A stretch of DNA of 64,000 nucleotides, taken from positions 3,027 through 67,026 of the forward strand of contig CDMY01000490.1 of assembly GCA_001179505.1 (NCBI GenBank). The letters are read 5' to 3'. Numbering within the stretch: position 1 is the first letter of the stretch; each line of letters starts with the position of its first letter. Shown here piece by piece: positions 12,301-24,687 of this stretch. The notes under the pieces were generated by a model. It worked only from the letters and a program-made list of their open reading frames with translations, was not told where the DNA came from and made no database searches. The position numbers and the translations under genes were made by a program. Source of the stretch: Vitrella brassicaformis CCMP3155 (Eukaryota > Protista > Chromerida).

Positions 12301-15300
12301 GACGCGCTTCCTCTCCCCCACACCGTCCCCCTCCCAGAGCGCGTCAAGACCGCCGCTCAGCAGGAGGGCCACAGACACGTCTTCGGTGGTCGCAAGCGCC
12401 TAGGTGACAACGCCAAGGACGACAAGCGAGCAGCGGCATCCTCACGCTCATCTCGCGACTCGCCCCCGCGTCGTGACATCACCCCTGACTGCGACCGTGG
12501 TGGGAACAAGCGTGGCTTCCACGCCACCCTGACAGGCGGCAGTGGCAGCGACCGCCCCAATGGGACTGCAGCGAGCCACCATCAGCAGCAGAATGGCCGT
12601 GAGCAGGGCAGAGATGACAGGGGAGCTGGTGGGCGGGACGGAAGGGATGACCGCAATGGGCGACGGGAGAGACGGGACGATCGGGACGACCGGGACGACA
12701 GCGGCAGCAGGGACCGAGACAGAGACAGGAGGGGCCGTGACCGCGGCGAGAGGGACAGGGAGAGGGAGAGGGACAGGCCACGAAGGCGGTATGTGAGCAA
12801 TTTGGTGTCGCAATGGCGAGAGGGGGGCGACATTCGCGAGCAGATGGAGGAGTACAAGCGAATGAGGGAGGGCAAGAACCTCCACAACCGGTACGGTACG
12901 CGAGTCACTCACTTACAGTGAGTGCAGTGAATGGGATGTGTTTGCTCTTCATGCCTGCCATGCCAGTAGGGATGTGTGTGTGTGTGTGTGTGTGTGTGCA
13001 GCTATGTGCTGATTGACGACCTGCCGTCGTTCTGGAGGGACAGGCCAGAAGCCCTCCATCGATACATCAGATCCCAAATCGCCGAAGTTGTCGACGTGAG
13101 CAAAGCGAGATAGATAGATCAGACAGATCAGCAGCCGCACACGCACACATGAAGGAAGGCAGCACAGAGCAGAGCCACGTATGCATCAGCTCGTGTGCGT
13201 CTGTGCGTGTCTGTGTGTCTGTGTGCTGGGCTTGCGCGCAGGTGACCATAGTAGAGGACCGCGATGGCACGCTCGCCGCCCACGTGTCGTTCAAAGTCAT
13301 CAAGGCGGCCATCGAAGCATGCACACGACTCAGAGAGGTAGGTACCAGCCCACCTTGGCAGCCAACCACCATGCGCACGCACATCACACCATGGAAAAGT
13401 GTGTGGTGGTGGTGTGTGTGTGTGGGTGTGTGGGTGTGTGCAGCTGCCGTGCAGCGACGAGCGCAACGCGCGCAAAGTGAGGGTGCGGATCGAATTCGCT
13501 CCGCCGATCAAGGCAAACCACACACTGTGGTTCGGCAACCTCATGGGTACCCCCTTGACCCCACGACACACACACACACACACATATATATATGGGTAGA
13601 TGGACCGATGGCTGTGTGTGTGTGTGTGTGTGTTCGCACATCCATCAGAGTTCCGCCGTGATCAGTTCCACGACGTGTACGGGTGGGTAGAGGGGTACGG
13701 CGACCCCGTGTACGTGCGGAGCATCAGTGAGCGCAACTGCGCCTTTGTCAAGATGGGCAGCAAGGAGGAGGCCATCCAAGTCAGAAACCACCTCTACGGA
13801 TTCCAATTCGGGTCAGACACTCAGACATGGCAGGCAGAGATGGCAGCACATGCACAACGGCCAACTGACTGACACCTGTGTGTGTGTGTGTGTGTATATG
13901 TGTGTGTTGCTGTCTGCAGTGTGACTCCCAGTCAGTGTTTGAATGTCGACTTCGTCGACCAGGGCACAGAACCAAACAACCCGGGAGGTTAGCCAGCCGA
14001 GATGGATGACCACAATGACCACAAATAATGACCACACTCACGCACCCAACCCACCCACATCTGCCCTCTCTCTCTCTCCATCTCTCTCTCTCTCTCTCTC
14101 TCCCTCCAGCAGTGGGTGCTGGCTGGATCTACATCCGCGACGTCAACAGGCAGCCCCATTCCCATCCCTATCCCCCGCCCCGGGCCAGCAGCAGCAAGCG
14201 TGGGCGCTCCCGGAGCTCCTCACACGACTCCAGGGACAAGAGGAGGCGCATTTCAGCCGCGGCAGCAGCAAGTGGGGGAAGACACGAACGACACGAGCGG
14301 CAGGAGCGACAGGAGCGTGAGCGGCCGGAGCGTCCTCCGGAGCGGCTGTCAGATCGTCAGGAACGGCTGCCGCCCCCCCGCACCCCCACGCCCACGCCCA
14401 CGCCACAGCAGCCGGTGGAAGGCGCACCGGTTCCCAGAGAGGTCAGGATGCTTCTGACACGAGGCAGGGGAGAGAGGGGCAAGATATATGGGTTTCTTGG
14501 TGTCTGATTGCGTGTGTGTGTGTGTGTGTGTGGCAATGTCAGTTCAAGGGTCCTTTCGCTCTGCTGCTGACAAACCTGCCCTATGACGCCGACAGGAAGG
14601 AAATCGACGACTTCTTCAGGCCATACGCAGTCAGTAGCCAACACAGACCCACAGACACACACATGGGTGGATGCGTCTCTCTCTCCGTCTGTGCGCTGGT
14701 GTGTGGATGGATGGCATGGCTGGGTGCGGTGCAGCCGACGTCGATAAGGATAGAGAAGCTCTCGCGGTCCAGCCGAGGCGTCCTGTCGCCCACCGGCCGC
14801 TGCACCGTGGAATTCAAAAACCGGCGCGACTTCGATGGCGCGTGGCACTATGACGGACGGGTAACGTATATGACACCGCCGCCCCCCCAACCACGCATCA
14901 CGAAATGTATGTGTGTGTTTCCGTCATTTAGAGGTTGATGGGTCGCGAGATCAGCGTCCAGCTGGCAGAGGAGATCTCCGGCTTCAGACAGGTGCCCGGA
15001 GGGTCGCACAAGGGCAGCGGCAGCGGCAGGGCCAGCAGTGGTGGTGGCGCCCCACACCCACAGAAGCCGACAAGCAGCGTTCGAGACAGAGACAGAGACA
15101 GAGACAGAGAGAGAGACATGGGTGGAGACAGAGACAGAGCAGCCGCCTACAGTGAGCTCCACAACGCCCACCACCTCATCTATCCGTCCATCCCACTTCG
15201 CTGTCTGTCTCCTTTATCCATCAGACGGCCGCGAGGCCCCCCTTCGCCGTGAGAGCGACCTCAGCAGTCGTGATCGAGATCGAGATCTGGAGCGCTCCCG

Positions 15301-16215
15301 TGAGGCTCTCCCACGTGACCGTCGACCAACCACCGATAGACAAAGGGAGAGGGAGAGGGAGAGGGAGAGGCCTGCTGGTGTGGGCATGGGTGTGGGCGTG
15401 GGTGTGGTTGAGAGGGAGGGGAGGGAGAAGCGTATAGTGTTGGGCGACCGCAAGCCGTCCGAGGCGATGCACCTGGCCATCTACAAGCAGGAGGTGCACA
15501 CGTGTGACGTGACGGCACGATATGTCAGGGGAAACATCGACATCAAACCGTGAGTGGGCAAACACTCAGACGGACGGACGAAGGGAAGTTTTGGGGCAGG
15601 GAATACACGCCTGTGTGTGGTTGTGGTTGTGGTTGTGGTTGTGGTGGTTTGTGTGGTGTGCAGTATGCTGCGTGTGGAGCTGAAGCAGCGAGTGACGGCG
15701 GACAGCGTGCGGCAGCACATCACACGACAGGCCAAACAGCACTCCGTATGGCACGCCGTACCCGGTGGGTGTGTATGCCAAACCGACACACCACAAAATA
15801 ACACACCCACATGCACAGACACACACACACAATGGATTCTCCCTCTCTCTCTCTCTCTGTGTGTGTGTGTGCGTGTGTGTGTATGTGTGTTCGTTCAGAC
15901 TCGGATAGCGACCGTCATGGGTGTGAGGAGCTCTCCGCATACTTTGTGCAGAAGGGCAGAGTGGGGCTCGCCGAGGTCTGCACACACGCACACACATGCG
16001 CACGCCGGCCACTGTTCGTGTGTGTGGTGTGTTGTGGTGTGATGGGGGGTTGTGCAGACGAACGAGATGTCTTTGTACTTCGTCCCGCCTCACGACGCCT
16101 TCATCAAGGACATCGGGGTACCCACAGCACAGCACACTGACTGACACACACACACAGATCCGAGATGAGATGAGATGCCTCTCTCTCTTATGTATGTCTG
16201 CACACACACGTGACG

Positions 16216-16248
<33 letters not shown>

Positions 16249-16301
16249 AGCTATCCTTCTCCAAGCACGTGACGGTCATAGCGGCTGTCAATGACGAGTG
16301 A
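9328..16301 (+). CDS. Large multi-RRM RNA-binding protein with C-terminal SPOC domain (FPA/RBM15/Spen-type) and an N-terminal helical region; 5' end uncertain
   Basis: RRM exons include VFIFNLEPSMDPTELRTRLERYG, TLWFGNL...CAFVKMGSKEEA and LLLTNLPYDADRKEIDDFF...CTVEFKN, separated by RD/RE-rich tracts. Terminal exons splice in frame to DSDSDRHGCEELSAYFVQKGRVGLAE-TNEMSLYFVPPHDAF (SPOC-like), with a stop at 16299-16301. The exons at 10750-11235 splice in frame into the first RRM exon. Confidence 0.75.
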
Positions 16302-16775
16302 GTGACGGCGTATAGGCCCCATCCACATGTGCGGTGCTGCACGGATTTTTGCCGACGGCGAGACAAGACGGCCCTGTGTGTGTGAGTGCGTTTGATGGGT
16401 GGGGTGGGATGCATGAGATTTCCAAGGGATAATTATGAAACAAAGGGGTAGCTGAGCTGCTTCAGTCAGTACATAAGGCTCTCTGCAGGCGGCCAGGCTT
16501 GTCTGTCCGTATGTCTTGCTGGATGGATGGATGGATTTACTATAGGCGCACACAGACACGCCCACGCTCTCACACACACGTGTGCCATCGATCGCATCCC
16601 ACCCCTGCCTGCTTTGCTTGCATCTGATCTCGTGCGACACTTGAATTAGTTGGAGGTCCACACCGATGGATGGACACACCGATGGATGCATGGATGGGTG
16701 GATGGACCCCATTATGACGTTTTCGTGGTTTGCTTGCAACTTTCACAACAGCACGGATGGACGCGTCATGTCCTG

Positions 16776-17833
16776 TCATGTCCTGAGTCTGTTGGCCTTT
16801 GCAGCCGACTTCCTCCTGTGCTCTAGCTTGCTGAGCCACTGTAGGTTCTCTGCGGTGTTGTTGGTCTTGTCGCCGTCAACATGGTGCACCTCCAGATCCC
16901 TCTCCTCATGGCCCTTCTGCAGTAGCTCTCGCAGCTGTCGATGCTGCCACACGAGAGCCACAAGGCGGTGAACCTGGTGCATACGCGACTGCATGGACAC
17001 ACCAGGACACAGAATTAACAGGCCGGTCGGTACAACGAGGGAGGGCTAACCTGGAGCTGTATCCTGCGATAGCCGAGAGACGTCAAGCAGCCCAGAGTCA
17101 CCCTCCCGTTGGTGTGCCGAACCCTGCCCTTGTTCGACACCATGGGCGCCTTCCCCCTCTCATCCCTCAGAAACGGTATGCTGCGGAACGCCTCGCCCTC
17201 CTCGTTGGTCTCTTGCCGCGCCAGCTGAAACGTCCACTTGGCCAGGCTGCGATAGGCGAAACGGTCGGTCGTGAAGATGATGGACCGGAAGAGCTTGACG
17301 GGGAGGTCGAAATGCCGTGCCGCAAGCGTCACGCTGCGAAAGGTATGCCTGGTGCCGTCCTCCTTCGAAACAGCCGTGATTCCTCTCGCCGTCGCCATCA
17401 GAGGGCGGGGCCGCGGTATGTCCAACTGAGCCGTCTTCCTGGCGTGATCCCCCGCCGACAGCCACCGCAGGTTCTCCACCCGGTTGTTGGCCTTGCAGTT
17501 GTCCTTGTGGTCCACCTGGATCAGCGCACCCGGCTGCTCCTGCTGCAGGCGACCTTTCTCGTCCGCCAAGAAGGTCTCTGCTATAAGTCGGTGGACGAGG
17601 TAGTGCTTGCGCATGATGGAGACCTGTAGGTAGCCGTCTGCGCGCGCCTTTCCGGCTGTGGGGAACCTGCTGCTGCGGTGGTGAATGCGGCCGTGGGTGG
17701 ATGCGCTGGCGCCATTTTTGCACAGTCCATCGAATGAAGGGATTTTTCGCCACTCCTCCGCCAGGCGACTGAAGAAACGAAGTCCAAAACGCATTTCGGC
17801 GTTCGTTAGATTGTTTTTGTCGAGACGTTTCAT
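16776..17833 (-). CDS. Tandem NUMOD4-HNH homing-endonuclease-like protein (NUMOD4-HNH-NUMOD1-NUMOD4-HNH), 331 aa, one 62-nt intron (16989-17050)
   Basis: Exon 1 contains EEWRKIP...STHGRI, VHRLIAETF...VDHKDNCKANNRVENLRW, TFRSVTLAARHF and EAFRSIP...VSNKGRVR. A GT-AG phase-0 intron joins it to VHRLVALVW...VHHVDGDKTNNTAENLQW. Confidence 0.88.
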
Positions 17834-17970
17834 TCGGTACCGTGTGGTCGGCCATCAATAGTTGCCCCCGCATCCGTGGCGCAACGTGGCCGCATAGGGA
17901 GCCTTGCATGTGCAATCAGCCGACGCTTACATTTTACTTGCCGGTAGAGGTGGCGGGCAGCAAAAGTATG

Positions 17971-17987
17971 CACACGTCCATCAAGTG
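17971..17987. repeat. Target-site duplication, left copy
   Basis: CACACGTCCATCAAGTG, identical to 21213-21229; flanking bases differ on both sides. Confidence 0.85.
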
Positions 17988-20900
17988 GTCGAATTGATTG
18001 ATTGAATGGATGACACACTGCCTCTATATAGCGCAACGGCAGGCAGAGTCTGTCGGTCTCTCATGAAACGAACTGTGTCAACGTCGACCGACCCTCAATC
18101 ATGCGACAAACATACCAGCACCATCCTCAGCGCCCGCCTAGTGTATCTTCCAGCGGCGCCGCCCACCACGCACACACATACTCGCACTACGTGCCAACGC
18201 AATAGACAGACGAGCACGAACCCATCCCATCACCTGGCCATACGACTTGTCTGCCCACGCAGCCTTGGTGCGCAGCTTCTCAACCAGGCGGCTGAAAAAA
18301 CCGTTGGCCTCTCTGCCCCACACACCATCCACCGTGACGCACCACACACGGCTGTGGTGGGCCTTCTTGGTCTTGGCCTTGCTCTTGAGGATGGAGGCGG
18401 TGGATTGCTTGCGGTAGGACGGTGCGTCAGCGTTCGTCACGCATACGTCGAACGACACGTCCTTCTGCCTCTCCCACACCCCTATCACCACCATGTCCGT
18501 CCGCACCCCCTTTTCCCCCTCCTCCTCGGGCTCCACGATCACCACCTCCTTCCTGACCGCCGACTCACCCCAAGCCTTGGCAGAAAGGTCGCACAGCACG
18601 TCCACCACCTCGTTGTGCCGCCGAATCACCAACCCACCCACCCCACAGTTGAGGGCGTGGTCAAGCGAGTATGCAGCCCCGCAGCCGTCGCAGTGGGTGG
18701 GCATCTTGGGAGGCTCGTAGGCGTATCGGATGGCCATGTTGTCGCGGAACTCGTCAGGCGTCAGGTCGGTGTGGTCCTCTGCGTCAGGGCGGCAAGTCAC
18801 CCACCCGGCCGTCTTGGCCTCGATCGCCCGGTGGACCGCCCGTCGTCTCTCTGGGGGCAGCTGCTGGAGGCCGTCCTCGAAGCGCTCCTTGGCTGCCTCA
18901 TCGGTCGCCCGCCGCCCCTCCTTGACCACTTGCTGCATCTCGGCGCGGTGCTGGAAGGGGTTGAATGGAGGGCCGTCGGGTGGGTCGCCGTTCTGGATGG
19001 TGGACACCAGCAGGGAGGTGCCCTTGGTGGACGTCTTGTATGCCGCCGCCACTCGCTCCGTCGGGTCCCTCACCCCCATCCCCCCATGACGCGCAGGCAG
19101 CATCATCAGCTGGGCCTCAGTGGCGGTCACCGCATGGCTGGAGAGCTGGGTGAGGTAGTGGGTGAGGGCATATCGCAGCGGCTCGAATGTCGCCCGCTCC
19201 TCAGGCATCACCCGCATGAAGAAATCCCACTCGGCCTGCAGAGACGTTGTGAGTGCCGTGTGGGCTGCCTGCGGGTATCTGGCCGCTGCGTCCGCCATCC
19301 GGTTGACACACCGCTGCCACTCCTGCACCCTCTCGGTGGCGTAAGCCCGCTTGACCTCCGCGGTCCCCACAAATCCCCCCATATATCGAGCACCACTCAC
19401 AATCTCCACGTCGGTATCGCCAAACACCTCCCGCGCCCGCTCCTCGCAACCCGCCCGCACCACCAGCTTGGTCTTCTTGCCGTTGGGGTGGTAGCCCCTC
19501 AGTGGCCCTCTTCGCTGCAGCTCATTCCACCACTCGCGCACCGGCTAGAGGTCTCCCACCTTGGCGGAGTCGTCGGCAAACCATGCCTGAGGGCCCTCCT
19601 CTGCTGGCCGCTTCATCTCCCACACGAGCGGAAGGGTGGCCACAGAGTAGAAGAGGGAGGCCAAGGGATCGCCTTGTGTGGTCCCTTCTCGGCTCCACAG
19701 CGGCGCGGACTGGTCGCGCNNNNNNNNNNNNNNNNNNNNNNNNNNNNNNNNNNNNNNNNNNNNNNNNNNNNNNNNNNNNNNNNNNNNNNNNNNNNNNNNN
19801 NNNNNNNNNNNNNNNNNNNNNNNNNNNNNNNNNNNNNNNNNNNNNNNNNNNNNNNNNNNNNNNNNNNNNNNNNNNNNNNNNNNNNNNNNNNNNNNNNNNN
19901 NNNNNNNNNNNNNNNNNNNNNNNNNNNNNNNNNNNNNNNNNNNNNNNNNNNNNNNNNNNNNNNNNNNNNNNNNNNNNNNNNNNNNNNNNNNNNNNNNNNN
20001 NNNNNNNNNNNNNNNNNNNGCATGGCTGGAGAGCTGGGTGAGGTAGTGGGTGAGGGCATATCGCAGCGGCTCGAATGTCGCCCGCTCCTCAGGCATCACC
20101 CGCATGAAGAAATCCCACTCGGCCTGCAGAGACGTTGTGAGTGCCGTGTGGGCTGCCTGCGGGTATCTGGCCGCTGCGTCCGCCATCCGGTTGACACACC
20201 GCTGCCACTCCTGCACCCTCTCGGCGGCGTAGGCCCGCTTGCCCTCCGCGGTCCCCACAAATCCCCCCATGTATCGAGCACCACTCACAATCTCCACGTC
20301 GGTATCGCCAAACACCTCCTGCGCCCGCTCCTCGCAACCCGCCCGCACCACCAGCTTGGTCTTCTTGCCGTTGGAGTGGTAGCCCCTCAGTGGCCCTCTC
20401 CGCTGCGCTGCAGCTCATCCCACCACTCGCGCACCGGCTGGAGGCCTCCCACCTTGGCGGAGTCGTCGGCAAACCATGCCTGAGGGCCCTCCTCTGCTGG
20501 CCGCTTCATCTCCCACACGAGCGGAAGGGTGGCCACAGAGTAGAAGAGGGAGGCCAAGGGGTCGCCTTGTGTGGTCCCTTCTCGCCTCCACAGCGGCGCG
20601 GATTGGTCGCGCATGTAGAGGGCCGCATGGCCGCGATAGGTGTTGAACAGGAAGCGTGAGTACCGCGGCCACAAAATGCGGACGTTCCACAGGGCGGCAG
20701 AGCGACTCATCTCGTTGAAGGCGTTGTCGCATCCACCAGGATCGCGCACTCAACGCCACCCGAGTCGAACTCGCCGGATACCGCATGAATGGCACCCTCC
20801 ANNNNNNNNNNNNNNNNNNNNNNNNNNNNNNNNNNNNNNNNNNNNNNNNNNNNNNNNNNNNNNNNNNNNNNNNNNNNNNNNNNNNNNNNNNNNNNNNNNN

Positions 20901-21212
20901 NNNNNNNNNNNNNNNNNNNNNNNNNNNNNNNNNNNNNNNNNNNNNNNNNNNNNNNNNNNNNNNNNNNNNNNNNNNNNNNNNNNNNNNNNNNNNNNNNNNN
21001 NNNNNNNNNNNNNNNNNNNNNNNNNNNNNNNNNNNNNNNNNNNNNNNNNNNNNNNNNNNNNNNNNNNNNNNNNNNNNNNNNNNNNNNNNNNNNNNNNNNN
21101 NTGAAGACGTCGGAGGGCCAGCAGGGGGAGCGAGGGGTATGCCAGGAGGCGGGCGGTGGGGAGGCTCGGCGCCACTGCAGAGGCAAGCATAGCAGAGACC
21201 CTTGCTGGAGGA
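17988..21212 (-). mobile_element. CRE-clade non-LTR retrotransposon (RT + CCHC zinc knuckle + restriction-like endonuclease), 5'-truncated and inactivated, split by two N gaps
   Basis: RT motifs LVDA-NAFN, GTTQGDPLA and WFADD. C-terminal CDGCG..DHALNC, RRHNEV, RTD..V and FDVCVT. Flanked by the exact 17-bp direct repeat CACACGTCCATCAAGTG at 17971-17987 and 21213-21229. Lesions: TAG stop at 19545, +5 duplication at about 20401, -1 frameshift at about 20728. Confidence 0.92.
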
Positions 21213-21229
21213 CACACGTCCATCAAGTG
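21213..21229. repeat. Target-site duplication, right copy
   Basis: CACACGTCCATCAAGTG, identical to 17971-17987. Confidence 0.85.
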
Positions 21230-23435
21230 TATATACAATTCAAATTCAGCACCATACACTCACAACGCACACACACCACTGACACCTTAGGTCCAACTCA
21301 CACGCCCACCAGTCACCCAACAACACAACACACCAACACACCAACCACCAAGGTCCATCCATGCACTCTTACCACCGAGCTAAAAATCACGGCCACCCTC
21401 CCTCCCTCTCTCCCCCCAGTTTGTTTGTGTCTGCGTGTCTGCGGTGAACGCTATTGTGCACTGCGCTGCACTCGTGCGAGAATCAATCAATGAAACGACA
21501 AAGTCCCCCCCTCCCCCCTCCCCCTTCCCGCAATCGACACGCACGACGGCCATGAAAAAGACAGACAGACAGACAGGTAGACGGACGGACGGACGTAAAG
21601 TGGCTGGCTGATGCAGCAGTACGAGTAGGTTGGAGTATTAGTGATATTGCAGTAGCACAGCAGCCAGCCAAGCCATCGGGCCCCGAGGAAAAAATACGCA
21701 CAGACAGACCAAACGCATCTCTGTTCTCTCCTTGCTTCTTTCGTTTTTTCTGCGCTGCGATGCTTTCCTTGGTGCACTGAAGTGCACTGCATCCCCCGAC
21801 GGCCAGCCAGGCAGGTCAAAGGTCGTCCGTCAACGATGCTGTGACCCACCTATCCTACCGCCCAGAGACACAGCGCATACAACGGAAACGCAGCCCGCAC
21901 CATGGTTGCCAATCCAACGAAACAGACAGACAGACATTCACGGTGAAGCGCATGGCACGGGTGGGCGGAAGAAGACAGACAGACAGACAGACATGGCGAC
22001 ATGGCGGCTGGACAGTGAGTTTGTCGGTGTGGTGTGTGGTGTCGCGTCACTCTCTAAGGCCTAAACACATCAATGCAATCCAATCCAATCCAATCCAATG
22101 TAATGCCATGTATGCAGGAAGCACCAACCAGAGACACATACCCCCACACCCATGGATAAGGTGGATGCGCACACACGCAGGAATATCATCAGCGCGAGCA
22201 AAAAGGCCCACATGGTGCACACCACCACCACCATCACGAGCAGCAGCAGCAGCAGCACGGCTAGAGGGGGGGTATGTGCGTTTGCAGGTCACATGAGGTT
22301 GGGGTGGGGGGAGGGGGGGGGAGGGGACACAGACGCAATTAGAGAGTGGGTGGGGAAGAGAGAGAGGTGCCTGGGTGGGCTCGCTACACAGTCAGGTGAG
22401 GCGTGTGACGACGGACAACGGTACAAAAGCAGGAAGAAACACATACACGTGGGTCGGGTGCGTGGGTGTTGGCCACCTACCAGTTAGTTACTCGCTTGTC
22501 ATAAATCGGTGCCTGTAGACATTTCTTTCACGAGTCTTCCATCCATCCATCCATCCATTTGATAAGAGTCCGCTGCCACCCTCACCCGTGTTGTCTGTCC
22601 TCTGCGCCAGCCAGCCAGCGCAACTCGCTACGCCCACCCCGCCCTTGAAACGTCCAGCCCCCCTCCTGACTGCCTGCCTGCCTGCCCCGCGACCACGGAT
22701 GGTATAAAAATGGGCGCATGGGTGGGTGGACCGATGTGCGAGAGTGTGATGCATGTGACTGACGGTGAGAGACAGAGAGAAGAAACATCCCATCCGGCCC
22801 CCCTCCGTCCCTCTCTGCGGGTGACCCACTCGGTGGCATGACCGACATGCCGGGCTGCGGGTATGCAGCAGAACGAACGAATGAACGAGCGAGCGAACGA
22901 ACGAATACGCACCAAAAATCCGGTGTGTCACGTGCAGTGCAACAAACACGACACTCACTGCCTGGCTGCATCGACAGAAACAATGTGGGCACATGGGGTG
23001 GGTGGGGCAACTCGTGTGCGCCGTCTCTGATCCATCACAATAATAACACAACAACACAACACACGACACGACACGAACACCGCGGCACGACCCGACCGTC
23101 CATGAATGCTTCTCTCCTCTAGACTCAGCAGACAGCAGACAGACAGGAGGGGAGGGGGCAACGACAGACAGACAGACAGCCAGCCAGCCAGCCGACCGAC
23201 CGTAGAGGTGAGAGCGCACAAGTGAGTGAGCAGATACAAATAGGCCCTCACAGCGCACTCACTCGCTCACTCACTCACTCATCCACTCACTCACTCACTC
23301 ACTTCACACCACGCACAAGAAAAAAACCCATGAATGAATGAAAGGCTCCACACAACACGCCAACCGAGCGCACACACAGACAGACACGGTCCACCACGCA
23401 TCCCCCCTCCCTCCCTCCCTCCCTCCTCGCCCTAT

Positions 23436-24464
23436 CTAGCCATCCACCCTATCGACGCGCATCAGCTGGTGGTGGGCATGTGCATGTGCGTGTGGGTGGG
23501 GGAGCGGGGGTTTGTGTGCGTTGGGGACCGACGAACTTGGTGGCGGGAAGTGGACGCCCGAGAGGCTCTGCTTCCGGATCATGTCAAGACAGTGGGACAG
23601 TAGGGGTGAGGTGGAGAACTGGTAGGCCGCCGGGTCGGCCGTCGTGTCGATGGCCGCCCCCTCGTCGCTGTAGACGTCCTGCTCCGAGCCGCCCCCGCCG
23701 TAGATGGGCGGCTCGATGCGGCCGTACCCTCCCATACCCACACCCACACCGACACCCACGCCCATCCCCGACTCCTTGCCGGCTGCCCCACCCCCTGCCG
23801 CTTGGTCATGGTCGTCGTCTGTGATGTCGAGCCTGAATTGGCACTCGAGGTCCTCGTCGCCGTCGATGTCCAGGTCGAAGTCGTCAGAGTGCTGGTGGTG
23901 CCCGTGGTGGCCGTGGGCAGAGGGGTCGAACTCCTCGTCGATGCACGGCGGATAGTGGCCGTCCTGGCTGTCCGTCGTGGATGTGGGAACCGTACTGTGA
24001 ACCACACACGAAGGCAGAGAGCGCAAAACGAGAGAATGAGATGGTCCGTTCTGTCTTGCCCCCGCGTGTCTGTCTCGGCATGCACGTATCGTGTCCCCAT
24101 GTGTGTTGTCGGCTTACCACCTGCTCGACGGCAGCCTGAGGTAGTCATGGTTGGCCGGTGCCGACGACGACAGGGCAATAGAGAACCCCCCCTCCTCCTC
24201 GCGTGTGGTCTCCAGTGGCGCACCACCCGCACCCCCACCGCCCCGCTTGCCTCCATCGCCGTGTTGCTGGTGCTGCAGCCGCGCGGGGAAGTGCTTGCCG
24301 GCCTCCTCAAATGAGGGAGGCAGCTCGAACTTTGGCGGCGAGCCGGGAGGCTGGATTGGCCGCGGCTCGGGACGCACCGGCGGGTCCAGAGGGCATATGT
24401 CTATCGTGGCGGAACGGGGACGACCAGACACCTTCAAATGCACCGACGACGACGACGACGCCAT
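23436..24464 (-). CDS. Hypothetical low-complexity acidic/Pro-rich protein, at least 2 exons
   Basis: ATG at 24464 (MASSSSSVHLK...YLRLPSS|gt) is followed by an exon DGHYPPCIDEEFDP...DDFDLDIDGDEDLECQFRLDI. Divergent from TRAPPC6. No family recognised. Confidence 0.5.
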
Positions 24465-24687
24465 AGTTACTGGCTCGTGACGACACGCAACGGGCTAGCA
24501 ACGGACGGGAAGAGTCAAACAATGGCACCGGGGTGATGATATCTCGTGAAGAGGGTCACTCCATCCTTGCGGTTCTTCCTGACACCGGATTTTTGCGAGC
24601 TTGGATATCAGCTCGCTCGGCTCTCGTGTGCGGAGTGATCCTTTCTCTGAAGAAGAGCCGCACGTCAAGATCTTCCCAGCTGTGGCG

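Noticed and set aside
18006-20483. 825-aa plus-strand ORF
   Set aside because: It is the antisense shadow of the GC-rich retrotransposon ORF and is artificially extended through N runs.
21240-23400. Many ORFs of 60-250 aa rich in C/V, H/T and D/R/Q
   Set aside because: These are translations of (GT)n, (CA)n and (GACA)n microsatellites, with no protein-like content.
16776-23400. Terminal inverted repeats defining a DNA transposon around the HNH gene
   Set aside because: I could not find convincing TIRs or Helitron ends by eye; element boundaries need multi-copy alignment.
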